64,000 bases of DNA from Promethearchaeota archaeon (GCA_019058295.1 JAHPZI010000015.1:32001-96000); one strand, 5' to 3'; positions 21,249-31,736 are shown, counted from the first letter of the stretch. Notes: generated by a model not told the origin, from the letters alone. Made by a program: numbers and translations.

Positions 21249-23702
21249 ATGGTAAGTGAAAAACTACTTTATTTAGATTCTAGTCAACCTATTGAAAAAA
21301 GAGTTGATGATCTAATTTCAAGAATGACAATAGAAGAAAAAGTTGCTCAACTCGGATCTCAATATGCTCCATCATTAATGGAACGGACTGAACTATCTCA
21401 TGATAAATTGAATAGATTAATGGGTAAAGGAATTGGCCAAATCACTAGAATTGGTGGCACTATGAATATAACCCCGGAAGAATCTGTTAAAATCGCAAAT
21501 GGTATCCAAAAATTTTTAAAGGAGCAGACTCGCTTAGGAATTCCTGCTATTGTTCACGAAGAGTGTTTATGTGGGTATACAGCCAAAAATGCCACTGTAT
21601 TCCCTCAAATTATTGGTGTGGCATCGACATGGGAACCAGAATTAGTAGAAGCTATGACAAGAAAAATCGGAGAACAGATGCGTGTCGTTGGTGCTCATCA
21701 AGGATTATCTCCTGTTCTTGATATTGCGCGCGATCCTAGATGGGGTCGCACAGAAGAAACATTTGGGGAAGATCCTTATCTTGTATCGCGGATGGGGGCA
21801 GCTTATGTAAAAGGTCTACAAGGAGTTTCTCTTCAAGCGGGTATAATTGCTACCGGTAAACATTTTTTAGGTTATGGATATCCTCAAGGGGGCAGAAATT
21901 GGGGTCCATCGTTTATCCCTAAAAGAGAATTACATGAAGTATTCGCAAAACCATTTGAAGCTGCAATCCACGAATCTAATATAGGTTCAATTATGAACTC
22001 TTATTCCGAAATTGATGGAATTCCTTGTGGAATTTCTCGTGAAATTCTGACCAATTTATTACGCAACAAACTTGGTTTTAAAGGTATGGTTGTTTCGGAT
22101 TACGTTACAATTGAATTAAACTGTAAAATGCATCGAGTCGCTAAGAATACTACAGAGGCAGCTATCCTTGCGTTTAATGCAGGTCTTGAAGTAGAGCTTC
22201 CAAGAACTGCTGGATTCGGGAGATCATTTGCCAAGGCTGTTAAAAAGGGAAAGGTTAGCGAAGAAGCGTTGAATCAATCAGTTGCCCGTATATTAAAGAA
22301 AAAATTTGAACTTGGATTATTCGATAATCCATATGTTGACGATGATCAGAAAATACTCGCTAATGTCTTTAAGAATCCAGAGAATAAGATTTTAGCAAGC
22401 GAAATTGCTCGTAAATCCATAATATTATTAAAAAATGATGATAATCTTTTACCTCTTAACAAGGACTTAAAATCAATTGCTGTTATTGGTCCTAATGCTA
22501 ATAGTGTTCGTAATTTACTAGGCGATTATACATATGTAAGTCAATTCGAAGCCACTGCGAGTAATGCTACAGGCGTAAGTGAGCTTGACGAGGAACAAGA
22601 TGCTCTATTAAAACAATTATTTGATGATGAAGATCCGGACGCATTCACGAGGAATTCCTACGACATTAAAAGTATTTTAGAAGCAATAAAAGAAAAGGTT
22701 TCAAAAAACACGGAAGTCAATTACGCTAAAGGTTGCGAAATTCAAAGCGATGATAAAAATGGGTTTAAAGAGGCAATTGAATTGTCAAAAAAATCGGAAG
22801 TTGTGATTCTAGTAGTAGGGGAAAAAGCTGGATTGACAAGAGAATGTACGAGTGGAGAATCTCGCGATCGTTCTTCATTAACTTTGCCTGGCGTACAAGA
22901 AGAATTGGTTCGGGAGATTTATGCAACAGGCACTTCAATCGTCTTGATTTTAATAAATGGACGGCCTCTCTCAATATCTTGGGAAAAAGAAAACATTCCC
23001 GCCATATTAGAAGCATGGTTACCTGGTGAAGAAGGTGGTGCTGCAGTTGCCGATGTTTTGTTTGGGGATTACAATCCTGGAGGAAAATTACCAATCTCTG
23101 TTCCTCGAAGTGTAGGGCAAATTCCAATTTATCATAACTGTAAACCTACTGGAGGAATTTCGGTATGGGCATGGAACTATGTAGAAGAAAACACTACACC
23201 TTTATTTCCCTTTGGATATGGCCTAAGTTATACTCAATTTGAATATGATAATTTGGTAATAAATAAGCAAAATGTCGACTCAAAAGGTACGGTGGAAATT
23301 TCTGTTGATGTTAAGAATGTTGGTAAAGTTCGCGGGGATGAAGTGGTACAATTATATTTACACGATAATGAAGCAACAGTTACGCGTCCTCTAGAAGAAT
23401 TATTCGGATTTAAACGGGTAACCTTAGATCCTGAAGAAAAAGCTACAGTTATTTTCACAGTTTCAATGAAACAACTTGGATTTTATAACGAAAATATGGA
23501 ATATATTGTAGAACCCGGGAATGTTAGCGTTTACATAGGGAGCATATTTGGGGATTTTGGACCTGAACTCTTGGAAATGAAGGATCTTTTTGCTCAGAAA
23601 GATGTGAAACTGAAAGGTAAATTTAAAATTATAGGGGAAACTATAGATTTGAGTAAAGATAAGGAATTCTTTTCTAAAATTGTTGTAAAAAAAAAGGAAT
23701 AA
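21249..23702 (+). CDS. GH3 beta-glucosidase/beta-xylosidase (cytoplasmic)
   Basis: RDPRWGRTEETFGEDP, KHF, VVSDY (nucleophile Asp), LLKND, GESRDR, YPFGYGLSY-like motif, Fn3-like tail; no signal peptide. Confidence 0.96.
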   Translation: MVSEKLLYLDSSQPIEKRVDDLISRMTIEEKVAQLGSQYAPSLMERTELSHDKLNRLMGKGIGQITRIGGTMNITPEESVKIANGIQKFLKEQTRLGIPAIVHEECLCGYTAKNATVFPQIIGVASTWEPELVEAMTRKIGEQMRVVGAHQGLSPVLDIARDPRWGRTEETFGEDPYLVSRMGAAYVKGLQGVSLQAGIIATGKHFLGYGYPQGGRNWGPSFIPKRELHEVFAKPFEAAIHESNIGSIMNSYSEIDGIPCGISREILTNLLRNKLGFKGMVVSDYVTIELNCKMHRVAKNTTEAAILAFNAGLEVELPRTAGFGRSFAKAVKKGKVSEEALNQSVARILKKKFELGLFDNPYVDDDQKILANVFKNPENKILASEIARKSIILLKNDDNLLPLNKDLKSIAVIGPNANSVRNLLGDYTYVSQFEATASNATGVSELDEEQDALLKQLFDDEDPDAFTRNSYDIKSILEAIKEKVSKNTEVNYAKGCEIQSDDKNGFKEAIELSKKSEVVILVVGEKAGLTRECTSGESRDRSSLTLPGVQEELVREIYATGTSIVLILINGRPLSISWEKENIPAILEAWLPGEEGGAAVADVLFGDYNPGGKLPISVPRSVGQIPIYHNCKPTGGISVWAWNYVEENTTPLFPFGYGLSYTQFEYDNLVINKQNVDSKGTVEISVDVKNVGKVRGDEVVQLYLHDNEATVTRPLEELFGFKRVTLDPEEKATVIFTVSMKQLGFYNENMEYIVEPGNVSVYIGSIFGDFGPELLEMKDLFAQKDVKLKGKFKIIGETIDLSKDKEFFSKIVVKKKE

Positions 23703-23723
23703 AGAATTTTGTTAATTCTTATT

Positions 23724-24791
23724 TTATTTTATGTTACTATATACTGATTTTAATCTTTTTTCTGCTTCATTGACAATAGAACTAATTATATCTGATACAT
23801 TTTCTATGCTATTTATAATTCCAATACTTTGACCTAATAGCACTGCTCCGTCTTCTGTATTTCCTTCGTAAATTAATCGATATGCCTTAGATTCTTTTAA
23901 AAACTCCTCAATCGTCGTTTTCTTTTCCATAGCCATCTTTTCTTCTTTAGACCCTACTTTAGGATGAGTTGCAGCATATGGATTTTTCCATAACCTTATG
24001 GGTCCAAAAGCTCCAGTGGCTAATATCGTATCTTGAGCTTTTGCTGGAGGGACTATCTCTTTGTATGTTTGATGAAATTCGCTTTCAACTGAGGCGATAA
24101 ATCTAGAACCCATCGCAACAGCGCCTGCACCCATAGATAAAGCGGCAGCTAATCCTTGACCCGTAGCAAAGCCTCCACATGCTACAATAGGAAGATCTGG
24201 ATATTTCTGGATAACTTGTTGCAACAAGACCAAAGTACTTACTTCTTCATAGGACTGATGACCCCCACCTTCTGTTCCGGTTACAACGACTCCATCAACT
24301 CCAGTATCTGCACATTTTCCTGCCAGCCATAAAGCGGGAGCGACATGAAAATGCTTTATGTTTGAACCACTTTCTTTTAATTTTTGGAAAGATTTTGTTT
24401 GTGGTAAGACCCTGGAGGATCCGGCACTGGTAATTGCGTATACACATTGTTCTTTAAGTTTTGGATTTTCCATGATAAATTTTGGAATTTCTTTACATAA
24501 CAATGGTGCATCTATTTGTACTCGAGATGTTCTAATATTAAATCCAAAGGGTTTATCCGTGTGTTCTACTACGTACTCCATGTCTCTTTTCATAACTTTT
24601 AAGGTCCTCTCTCTATCTTGCATACTTTCTTTTATAGACTTTTCAAAATCAGAAGCATGACTAATAACACCCAAACCTCCAGCCTCGGAAACCGCTACTG
24701 TTAAATGAGTCGTATTGAAAGGTCCCATAGGTGCAGCAATAATTGGATGTTTAATCCCTAACATTTTGGTTATATTTGTTTCAATTACCAT
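23724..24791 (-). CDS. Nitronate monooxygenase / FabK-like flavin oxidoreductase
   Basis: HPIIAAPMG, VSEAGGLG, GTEGGGH, ACGGF, AMGSRF, GQSIG. Confidence 0.88.
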   Translation of the reverse strand: MVIETNITKMLGIKHPIIAAPMGPFNTTHLTVAVSEAGGLGVISHASDFEKSIKESMQDRERTLKVMKRDMEYVVEHTDKPFGFNIRTSRVQIDAPLLCKEIPKFIMENPKLKEQCVYAITSAGSSRVLPQTKSFQKLKESGSNIKHFHVAPALWLAGKCADTGVDGVVVTGTEGGGHQSYEEVSTLVLLQQVIQKYPDLPIVACGGFATGQGLAAALSMGAGAVAMGSRFIASVESEFHQTYKEIVPPAKAQDTILATGAFGPIRLWKNPYAATHPKVGSKEEKMAMEKKTTIEEFLKESKAYRLIYEGNTEDGAVLLGQSIGIINSIENVSDIISSIVNEAEKRLKSVYSNIK

Positions 24792-24989
24792 ACTTTATTT
24801 GCCTCTCTTGATTAATATTTCAAAATTAAATTAATTAAAAATAAAAATCATAATTAAATAAATTATTTGTTTAGATATTGATTATTTTATAGCTTAGTTT
24901 TATTTAACTTATTTTGTCCAAATATTTTTTAGTAATTTATTATAATTTGTTATTAGCTAAATTTTTAAATTGAATTAATATGAAAAACT

Positions 24990-26132
24990 ATGGGTAAAAT
25001 TATGTATTCTAAGCCAAAGAAAATAGGTAATTTAGAAATTAAAAATAGATTTGTTAGATCAGCAACATTTGAGGGTATGGCTACTGAAGAAGGTAATGTA
25101 ACAGAAAAACTTATAAATCTTTATAAAGAGTTAGCGGAAGGGGGAGTTGGATTAATAATTACTGGTTATTCATACGTTCAAAAAAGTGGAAAAGCATTTG
25201 ATAACCAAACGGGGGTCGATGATGATGATTTAATACCAGGGCTAAGTAAAATTGCGAATATTGTCCATGAAAATAGTCAAGATTGTAAAATTGCTTTACA
25301 AATAGCGCATAGTGGTCGTCAATCCCGTCATTTAGAAAACACTTTAGCACCTTCTGCTGTTTTGGATAAATTGACAAGAAAAGTGCCAAAAGAAATGACA
25401 ATTGAAGAAATAAGAGAAACTATTGAAGCTTTTGCTCAAGCAGTAAGGAGAGGAAAAGAAGCAGGATTTGACGCAGTCCAATTTCATGGTGCACATGGAT
25501 ATCTGATTAGTGAGTTTTTATCACCCTATACAAATAACAGAATAGATGAGTATGGTGGGAGTACTGAAAAAAGAATAAAGTTTGTTGAAGAAATTTATAA
25601 GAGCAGTGTAGAATTAGTGGGAAAAGATTTTCCGATTTTAATCAAAATGAATGGTGTGGACTTTTTAGAAAATGGACTTACATTAGAGGAGTCTAAGCAA
25701 ATAGCAGAAAGATTTTCAAAAATGGGTTTTGCTGCTATTGAAGTTAGCGGTGGTATGTGGGAAGTATGTAAACGAAGTAAAAAAGAACTTGGTTGGAAGC
25801 CTACTTTTTTACCTGAAAGCCGAATGTTTGTGGGAACTAAAAATGAAGCTGCCTACAACTTACCTTTTGCTAAAGAAATTAAAAAGGTAATAGATATCCC
25901 ATTAATAGTAGTTGGTGGGATCAATTCACTCGACTTAGTTGAACAAATTTTAACTGAAGGAAGTGCGGATTTTGTTTCTTTATGCAGACCCTTGATTCGA
26001 GAACCTGACTTACCAAATAGATGGCTAAAAGGAATTGGGGAATCTAAAGTTGATTGTATTTATTGTAATAGTTGCCTGTCAAGTTTAGTTACTACAGGGT
26101 TGCGATGTGTTAAAAAAGAACCCTCTGAATAA
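24990..26132 (+). CDS. NADH:flavin oxidoreductase (old yellow enzyme family) with C-terminal Cys motif
   Basis: KNRFVRSAT, QIAHSGRQ, GFDAVQFHGAHGYLISEFLSP, RPLIREP, CIYCNSC. Confidence 0.93.
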   Translation: MGKIMYSKPKKIGNLEIKNRFVRSATFEGMATEEGNVTEKLINLYKELAEGGVGLIITGYSYVQKSGKAFDNQTGVDDDDLIPGLSKIANIVHENSQDCKIALQIAHSGRQSRHLENTLAPSAVLDKLTRKVPKEMTIEEIRETIEAFAQAVRRGKEAGFDAVQFHGAHGYLISEFLSPYTNNRIDEYGGSTEKRIKFVEEIYKSSVELVGKDFPILIKMNGVDFLENGLTLEESKQIAERFSKMGFAAIEVSGGMWEVCKRSKKELGWKPTFLPESRMFVGTKNEAAYNLPFAKEIKKVIDIPLIVVGGINSLDLVEQILTEGSADFVSLCRPLIREPDLPNRWLKGIGESKVDCIYCNSCLSSLVTTGLRCVKKEPSE

Positions 26133-26250
26133 CTAAAATTAATAAAATTGTTTTTTTCTTATAACAAATCATAAGTGAGTAAGAAAAAATAGAATTTTTA
26201 AGCTTCAATCTTTTAAAAATATAATAACGCTTAAAAGTGAAATATCAGCT

Positions 26251-27990
26251 ATGAGTTCCACATATAACAAGATTTCAGAAGCGCTCTCTCAGAAATTTAA
26301 GGAAATTATTGGAGATGAATACTTTTTCTCAGAATACGAAATTAGATGGACGTATGCGTTTGGGGGTACAATTTTTAGAAAGGAATGGATACCCGATTTA
26401 ATTTTATTGCCTCAAACTGTTGAACAGGTTTCTCAAATTTTAAAGTTAGCAAACGAGAATAAAATTCCCGTAACTCCAAGAGGAAGTGCTACCAGTCTAT
26501 CCGGCGGTCCTATGACACCCTATAAAGGTATAAGTCTTGATCTAACTAAGATGAATAAAATTATTAAAATAGATATTGAGAACAACCTTGTAGAAACCGA
26601 AGCTGGCGTTATTTGTGATGATTTAAACGAAGAATTAAAATCTCATGGCTATTTCTTTCCTCCTGATCCTGGTTCAAGCTCAGTAGCGACAATTGGTGGG
26701 ATGGTTGCTACGAATGCTGGTGGTATTCAGGCGTTTAAATATGGGGTTACAAAAAATTATGTTTTACATTTAGAAGTTGTCCTGCCTAATGGTAAAATAA
26801 TGAATTTAGGCACAGACGTTTTAAAATCAGTATCTTCATATAATTTAAAAGACTTATTTGTAGGCTCTGAGGGAACGCTTGGAGTTATTACAAAAATTGG
26901 TCTTAGAATTAGACCTTTACCAAAAACACGAAAATTAGGATTATTTATTTTTGATAATGTAGAGGATCTACAGAAGGCTTCAATTGAGATTCGCAAGAAT
27001 GGGATTATTCCCAATCTATTAGAATTTATGGATAAACTTATATTAGAAGCAGTGACCGATTATTTAGGAGGAGAATTCGTAGATTTCCCGAATGGATATG
27101 TTCTCTTAGCCGAAGTTGACGGAGATAATACTAAAGCGGTAGATGAAAACTTCTCTGTAATGTTTGATATAATTATCCAGAATAAACCTATTTTCCATAG
27201 AATTGCTAAAAACAGTGAGGAACGAGAAAGTTTGATTCTAGCCCGAAAGGCTAACCTTCCCGCTTTATCAAGAATAAGACCAACAACATGTGTCGAAGAT
27301 TGTACGATTAAATTATCAGATTTCGCAGATGTAATTAAAAAGATTGAGAAGATTCCTGAAAGTATTAATGCCAAAAACATGCTTGTCGCTACTATCTGCC
27401 ATATGGAGGGTAATTTACATCCTACCTTCTTATTTAATGAAAATGATGAACAGGATGTAAAAGATTTTGAAAAAGCTATTGATTATCTATATAAAGAGAT
27501 TATTATTCCAGCTGGTGGCACACTCACGGGTGAACATGGGATCGGAAAAATAAAGACGCCTTTTCTCGAATTGGAGCATGGTTCTGAGGTTGTGGATATA
27601 ATGAGGCAAATTAAGGAATTGTTTGATCCAAATGGAATTTTAAACCCCGGGATCGGAAAGGGAGACCAAAGACCTTTAAAAAAAGTTAGCGTTCAGAGGA
27701 TTCTGAAAAACCAATCAGATAAAATTTTAGAATTAAAATGTATGCGATGTGGCTTTTGTATAAGTACATGTGCTTCAAGAATTAATTATTTAATTGAGCC
27801 CTATAGTCCAAGAGGTCGATTGAGTATTTTGAATGGTCTTGTTCATGGTGAGATCGAATTAAATGAATTAATCGTAGATATATTTCAAGCTTGCACACTT
27901 TGTGGACTCTGTTATGTAAAGTGTCCTGCAGGAGTTCAGACTCATGATATTTTTGAAAAAGCAAGAGAAATTATTCATAAAAATATGTGA
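26251..27990 (+). CDS. GlcD/Dld-type FAD-linked D-2-hydroxyacid (D-lactate/glycolate) dehydrogenase fused to a C-terminal 2x[4Fe-4S] domain
   Basis: PRGSATSLSGG, FFPPDPGS, TIGGMVATNAGG, GSEGTLG, GNLHP, GEHGIG, LNPG; CMRCGFCISTC and CTLCGLCYVKCP. Confidence 0.9.
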   Translation: MSSTYNKISEALSQKFKEIIGDEYFFSEYEIRWTYAFGGTIFRKEWIPDLILLPQTVEQVSQILKLANENKIPVTPRGSATSLSGGPMTPYKGISLDLTKMNKIIKIDIENNLVETEAGVICDDLNEELKSHGYFFPPDPGSSSVATIGGMVATNAGGIQAFKYGVTKNYVLHLEVVLPNGKIMNLGTDVLKSVSSYNLKDLFVGSEGTLGVITKIGLRIRPLPKTRKLGLFIFDNVEDLQKASIEIRKNGIIPNLLEFMDKLILEAVTDYLGGEFVDFPNGYVLLAEVDGDNTKAVDENFSVMFDIIIQNKPIFHRIAKNSEERESLILARKANLPALSRIRPTTCVEDCTIKLSDFADVIKKIEKIPESINAKNMLVATICHMEGNLHPTFLFNENDEQDVKDFEKAIDYLYKEIIIPAGGTLTGEHGIGKIKTPFLELEHGSEVVDIMRQIKELFDPNGILNPGIGKGDQRPLKKVSVQRILKNQSDKILELKCMRCGFCISTCASRINYLIEPYSPRGRLSILNGLVHGEIELNELIVDIFQACTLCGLCYVKCPAGVQTHDIFEKAREIIHKNM

Positions 27991-27997
27991 GGAATGT

Positions 27998-29287
27998 ATG
28001 AGATTTGACTATGGAAAAAACGGCTTAGAAATCAATCTTGATCCATCTTGGAATGTCACTATCTTCCATCCAAAGAAACAGAAGGTTATTGAAAATCCAG
28101 TTGACGTTATTAGAAATAAAATTAAAAACCCCATTGGGAGTTCTCCTTTACGTGATATTGTAAATCAAAAGATTTCTTCCCAGAAAGTTTGTATTGTAGT
28201 AAGTGATGCGACCCGACCAGTTCCTTCGCATATTATTTTAGAGGCTATAATTAAAGAATTAAACGAATATGGAATAGCAAAAGCACAGATCACTATATTA
28301 ATTGCACTTGGATTGCATCGTCCAAGTAATAAAGATGAAATAGAACGAATAGTTGGTAAAAATATTTGGCGTCAATGGAGAATTAATGTACTACACCCTT
28401 CACCTAAAAATAGATTGCATGTTAAAGAATTAGGAAAAACGTCTAATGGATCTCCGATATATATTGATAAAGATTTCTATGAAGCCGATCTCAAGATTCT
28501 AACTGGATATGTAGAACCGCATTTCTTTTTTGGCTTTTCAGGTGGTAGAAAGGCTTTAGTACCCGGAATTGCTGGTCAAAAAACTATTATGGACAATCAT
28601 TCAGCAGAAAACATAGCCTCTCCTCATGCTCGATTCGGGATTTTTAAGGAAAATCCGTTACATCAACATGCTCTTGAAATAGCTAAAAAAATGGAGATAG
28701 ATTTTATAGTTAATGTATGTATCAATGAAGATCATAAAATTACCCAAGTAGCTGCTGGAGATTTAGAAAAAGCTCATGAAAATCTAGTTAATTATCAGTT
28801 AAAACATGTATTCAGAGAAATTTCCGAACCTTACGATATAGTAATATGTGGAAACGGAGGGTATCCTTTAGATCTCAATTTGTATCAAGCGGTTAAAAGC
28901 ATGGCTATTGGTGAGATGGCAGTCAAAGAAGGAGGAACAATTATTTCTGTGAATGAATGTTCTGAGGGTGTTGGAATAGGCCAAGAAAAGTTTAAGGAAC
29001 TCATTTTTTCGGGTATGAATCCCAAGGAGATTTATGATAAGATTCTAAATAAAGAAATTATAGTCCCAGATCAATGGGAAATTCAAATTTTAGCAAGGGT
29101 ATTAATGAAAGCTGAAATATATGTCATATCTAAGCTAAAAGAGAAAGAAATTGGAAAGATTGGATTAAAATATGCAAAATCTGTCGAAGAGGCGATTAAA
29201 TTAGGTTTAGAAAAACATGGTAGGGATGCCAAAATTCTGATCTTGCCAAATGGACCACAATTGCTTCCTGTATTGAAAAATAGGTAA
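27998..29287 (+). CDS. larA: Nickel-pincer-dependent lactate racemase (LarA family)
   Basis: SDATRP, GLHR, EPHFFFGFSGGRK, PG, YPLDLNLYQAVK, DQW; true start ATG 27998 after GAGGA (the track start at 27944 overlaps the upstream gene). Confidence 0.92.
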   Translation: MRFDYGKNGLEINLDPSWNVTIFHPKKQKVIENPVDVIRNKIKNPIGSSPLRDIVNQKISSQKVCIVVSDATRPVPSHIILEAIIKELNEYGIAKAQITILIALGLHRPSNKDEIERIVGKNIWRQWRINVLHPSPKNRLHVKELGKTSNGSPIYIDKDFYEADLKILTGYVEPHFFFGFSGGRKALVPGIAGQKTIMDNHSAENIASPHARFGIFKENPLHQHALEIAKKMEIDFIVNVCINEDHKITQVAAGDLEKAHENLVNYQLKHVFREISEPYDIVICGNGGYPLDLNLYQAVKSMAIGEMAVKEGGTIISVNECSEGVGIGQEKFKELIFSGMNPKEIYDKILNKEIIVPDQWEIQILARVLMKAEIYVISKLKEKEIGKIGLKYAKSVEEAIKLGLEKHGRDAKILILPNGPQLLPVLKNR

Positions 29288-29298
29288 AACAATTAATT

Positions 29299-29910
29299 CT
29301 ACCATTCTGAAAAGAACTTTTCTTTTGAATAATCTCTTTTTAAAGGCTTTCCTGAAAGCATTGTATAGTATCTCAACATCGCAGATTGTTCTGCTCCAGT
29401 AACATTTTGGAGGGCATCATATAGAGTATTCCCCTTAGCAAATACACCATGAGCTCTTACAACCACAATAGGATAATTTTTCAACATAGGAGGGACTTCT
29501 CGCGCCGCATCTGTAGGGCCCGCGGGATTATCTACCTCAATAACAGGTATTTTTCTATACATATAAATTCCCTCTGCATCAAGACAAGTAATCTCGTCTT
29601 CTATCAGCGATAAAATAACGCAAAAAGGATTATGAGCGTGAATCACGGCCATTGCATCTGTATTTAAATAAATTTGGCGATGTACATTCGTCTCTGTGCT
29701 AGATAGCATAATTCCAGAATCTTGAGTATAGAGATCAGTCTCAATAATATCTTCAGGCTCTAGAAAACCGAGCATGGCACCCCTTCTTTTAATAAGGATC
29801 TTCCCTCCAGCCCTCATACTAATATTACCTGAATGGGAAGTATTATACCTGTGATCAGTTAATACTTTGCCTACAATTTTAAATTGTTTAAAAGTTTCAG
29901 GATCAATCAT
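29299..29910 (-). CDS. Class II aldolase/adducin family, archaeal FucA-like; predicted to act as rhamnulose-1-phosphate aldolase
   Basis: SHSGNIS, SSTETNVHRQIY, VIHAH, AHGV metal/catalytic motifs; the function is inferred from context. Confidence 0.85.
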   Translation of the reverse strand: MIDPETFKQFKIVGKVLTDHRYNTSHSGNISMRAGGKILIKRRGAMLGFLEPEDIIETDLYTQDSGIMLSSTETNVHRQIYLNTDAMAVIHAHNPFCVILSLIEDEITCLDAEGIYMYRKIPVIEVDNPAGPTDAAREVPPMLKNYPIVVVRAHGVFAKGNTLYDALQNVTGAEQSAMLRYYTMLSGKPLKRDYSKEKFFSEW

Positions 29911-29939
29911 TATTTCTCAATAAATTTTATAGTTTAAAC

Positions 29940-31736
29940 TTAAATTAATCTTTTTAATGATAATTTTTCTAATAAACTGTCAGTAGGGATCCCATTTTCA
30001 TCCCAATTTCTTACCTTATAATATTCATCAATTAAATCATCGAGAGGGACAACCCTCCCTTTCGAGGGACCATCTTGTAATGGAGTTTCTAGAAACCTTT
30101 TTGGGAGGATATCATCTTTTCTCGAAAATCCTTCTCTTATGTTAAAAAGTCGCTCTAGGGTGTATATTCTTTCGCCAATAGTGATTAGATCTGTTATTGA
30201 AATTTTTCTATCTAATAAAGTACTTAAAAATCGAGCGGTAAATTCGAAACCTAATGCATATCCCACAAACTTGCAAGTGACTAATGAATCTTCCACTGCG
30301 CTCTGATTTTGCTTTAAATATAACAGATCTGATTTACCTCGAACAGAAAATCTATTGATTTTTTTAGGAGCTCCCAATACTTCTAATGCAACCAAAAATC
30401 CCGTTAAGTGACAGGCCCCGCGTGAACTTACAGCATAATTTAATGCATGACCAAATGCTCCTCGGGGATCATATGCCGGAATTTCCATTCCCTTAACCTG
30501 CATTGCATAATCTTGAGCATTATATTTTCTAGAAAATCTCAGAGATCCTTCAGCTAATTCGTTTCCTATGCCTTTTCTCAGAGAGATCTGCTCAATTAGT
30601 TCACATAAGCTATCTTTATTTCCAAAAGTTAAAGAATCATGTTTTATCAATTCTTTTTGTTGTAATTCCATAGCGCACGCAATAGTTGCTCCAGTAGACA
30701 TTGTATCCAACCCATAGTCATTACATAAATAATTTGCATGAGTGATTGTTTTTAATTCAAAAATTCCTATTAATGGTCCTAAGGCCCAGAGTGATTCATA
30801 TTCTGGACCTTTTCCACTCGCCTCTCCAGTGTTTGTCATTCTGCCACACCTTATTATGCAATTGTAACATCCTTCGCTTTTTTCTAGAAATCTCTCTCTT
30901 AATCGCTCTCCACTAACTAAATCTATTTTTTCAGGTTCTGTATATGCGAATTGATAATTATTAACGGGGAACATCCCAAATGAATTGATAACTTTAACTA
31001 AGGCAGCAGTTCCAAATAATGCCATCCCTTGGGAGGTTATGGGAACAACTTTAATTTTATCTCTGGCCACAATCGCTAATTTTTTCATATATTCTTTATT
31101 TTTAACGGGAAATTTGAGCGTACCGTTTTTTACGACAATAGCTTTTATGTTTTTAGAACCCATTACAGCCCCTACGCCACCTCTACCAAAAGCTCTATGA
31201 GCTTGGTTCATAATAGCGGAAAACTTTACTAAGTTCTCACCAGCTGGTCCAATACTTAATACTTGACAATTTTTTCCTTCCATTTCTTGAATCTTTTTTA
31301 AGGTTTCAGATGTCTTAAGGCCCCATAAACTTTCAGCATCTTTGATTTCAATTTTATCATATCCATCTATTAATATGTATCCTTTGTTATCAGAAGAAAG
31401 CGTCCCTTTAATAAACAAACAATCATATCCACATCGTTTGAAATATGGACCCCAAAATCCCCCTGAATTTGAGTGGAATATTGTATTAGTTAGGGGTGAT
31501 TTTGTTACTAAAGAAAATCTTCCACTTGTTGGAGTTAGAGTTCCAGTAAGGGGGCCAACAGAAAAAATTAATGGATTCAATTTTGATAAAGGATCAGTAC
31601 TTTTCGGTAGGTAATCGGTAAGAAGTTTTATCCCTAATCCTCTACCTCCTAAAAAGTCAGTAAAAATCTCTTCTTCAATTGGTTTTTCAGAAACTTTTTT
31701 TGAATCTAAGTCAATATTTAAAATTTTATTATTCAT
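29940..31736 (-). CDS. aor: Tungsten aldehyde:ferredoxin oxidoreductase family protein
   Basis: GGRGLG, KSPLT, SNSGG, IGPAGEN, GRGGVGAVMGSKN, CYNCIIRC, GPEYE, GLDTMS, YDPRG, RGACHL. Confidence 0.95.
   Translation of the reverse strand: MNNKILNIDLDSKKVSEKPIEEEIFTDFLGGRGLGIKLLTDYLPKSTDPLSKLNPLIFSVGPLTGTLTPTSGRFSLVTKSPLTNTIFHSNSGGFWGPYFKRCGYDCLFIKGTLSSDNKGYILIDGYDKIEIKDAESLWGLKTSETLKKIQEMEGKNCQVLSIGPAGENLVKFSAIMNQAHRAFGRGGVGAVMGSKNIKAIVVKNGTLKFPVKNKEYMKKLAIVARDKIKVVPITSQGMALFGTAALVKVINSFGMFPVNNYQFAYTEPEKIDLVSGERLRERFLEKSEGCYNCIIRCGRMTNTGEASGKGPEYESLWALGPLIGIFELKTITHANYLCNDYGLDTMSTGATIACAMELQQKELIKHDSLTFGNKDSLCELIEQISLRKGIGNELAEGSLRFSRKYNAQDYAMQVKGMEIPAYDPRGAFGHALNYAVSSRGACHLTGFLVALEVLGAPKKINRFSVRGKSDLLYLKQNQSAVEDSLVTCKFVGYALGFEFTARFLSTLLDRKISITDLITIGERIYTLERLFNIREGFSRKDDILPKRFLETPLQDGPSKGRVVPLDDLIDEYYKVRNWDENGIPTDSLLEKLSLKRLI

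Noticed and set aside
27944-27997. ORF-track N-terminal extension of LarA
   Set aside because: It overlaps the dehydrogenase 3' end; ATG 27998 has an SD and matches the LarA N-terminus (..YG...L)
27988-28010. Possible selenocysteine readthrough of the TGA ending the Fe-S dehydrogenase (Lokiarchaeia use Sec)
   Set aside because: The TGA is not at a Cys-motif position, another in-frame TGA follows six codons later, and I saw no SECIS-like element
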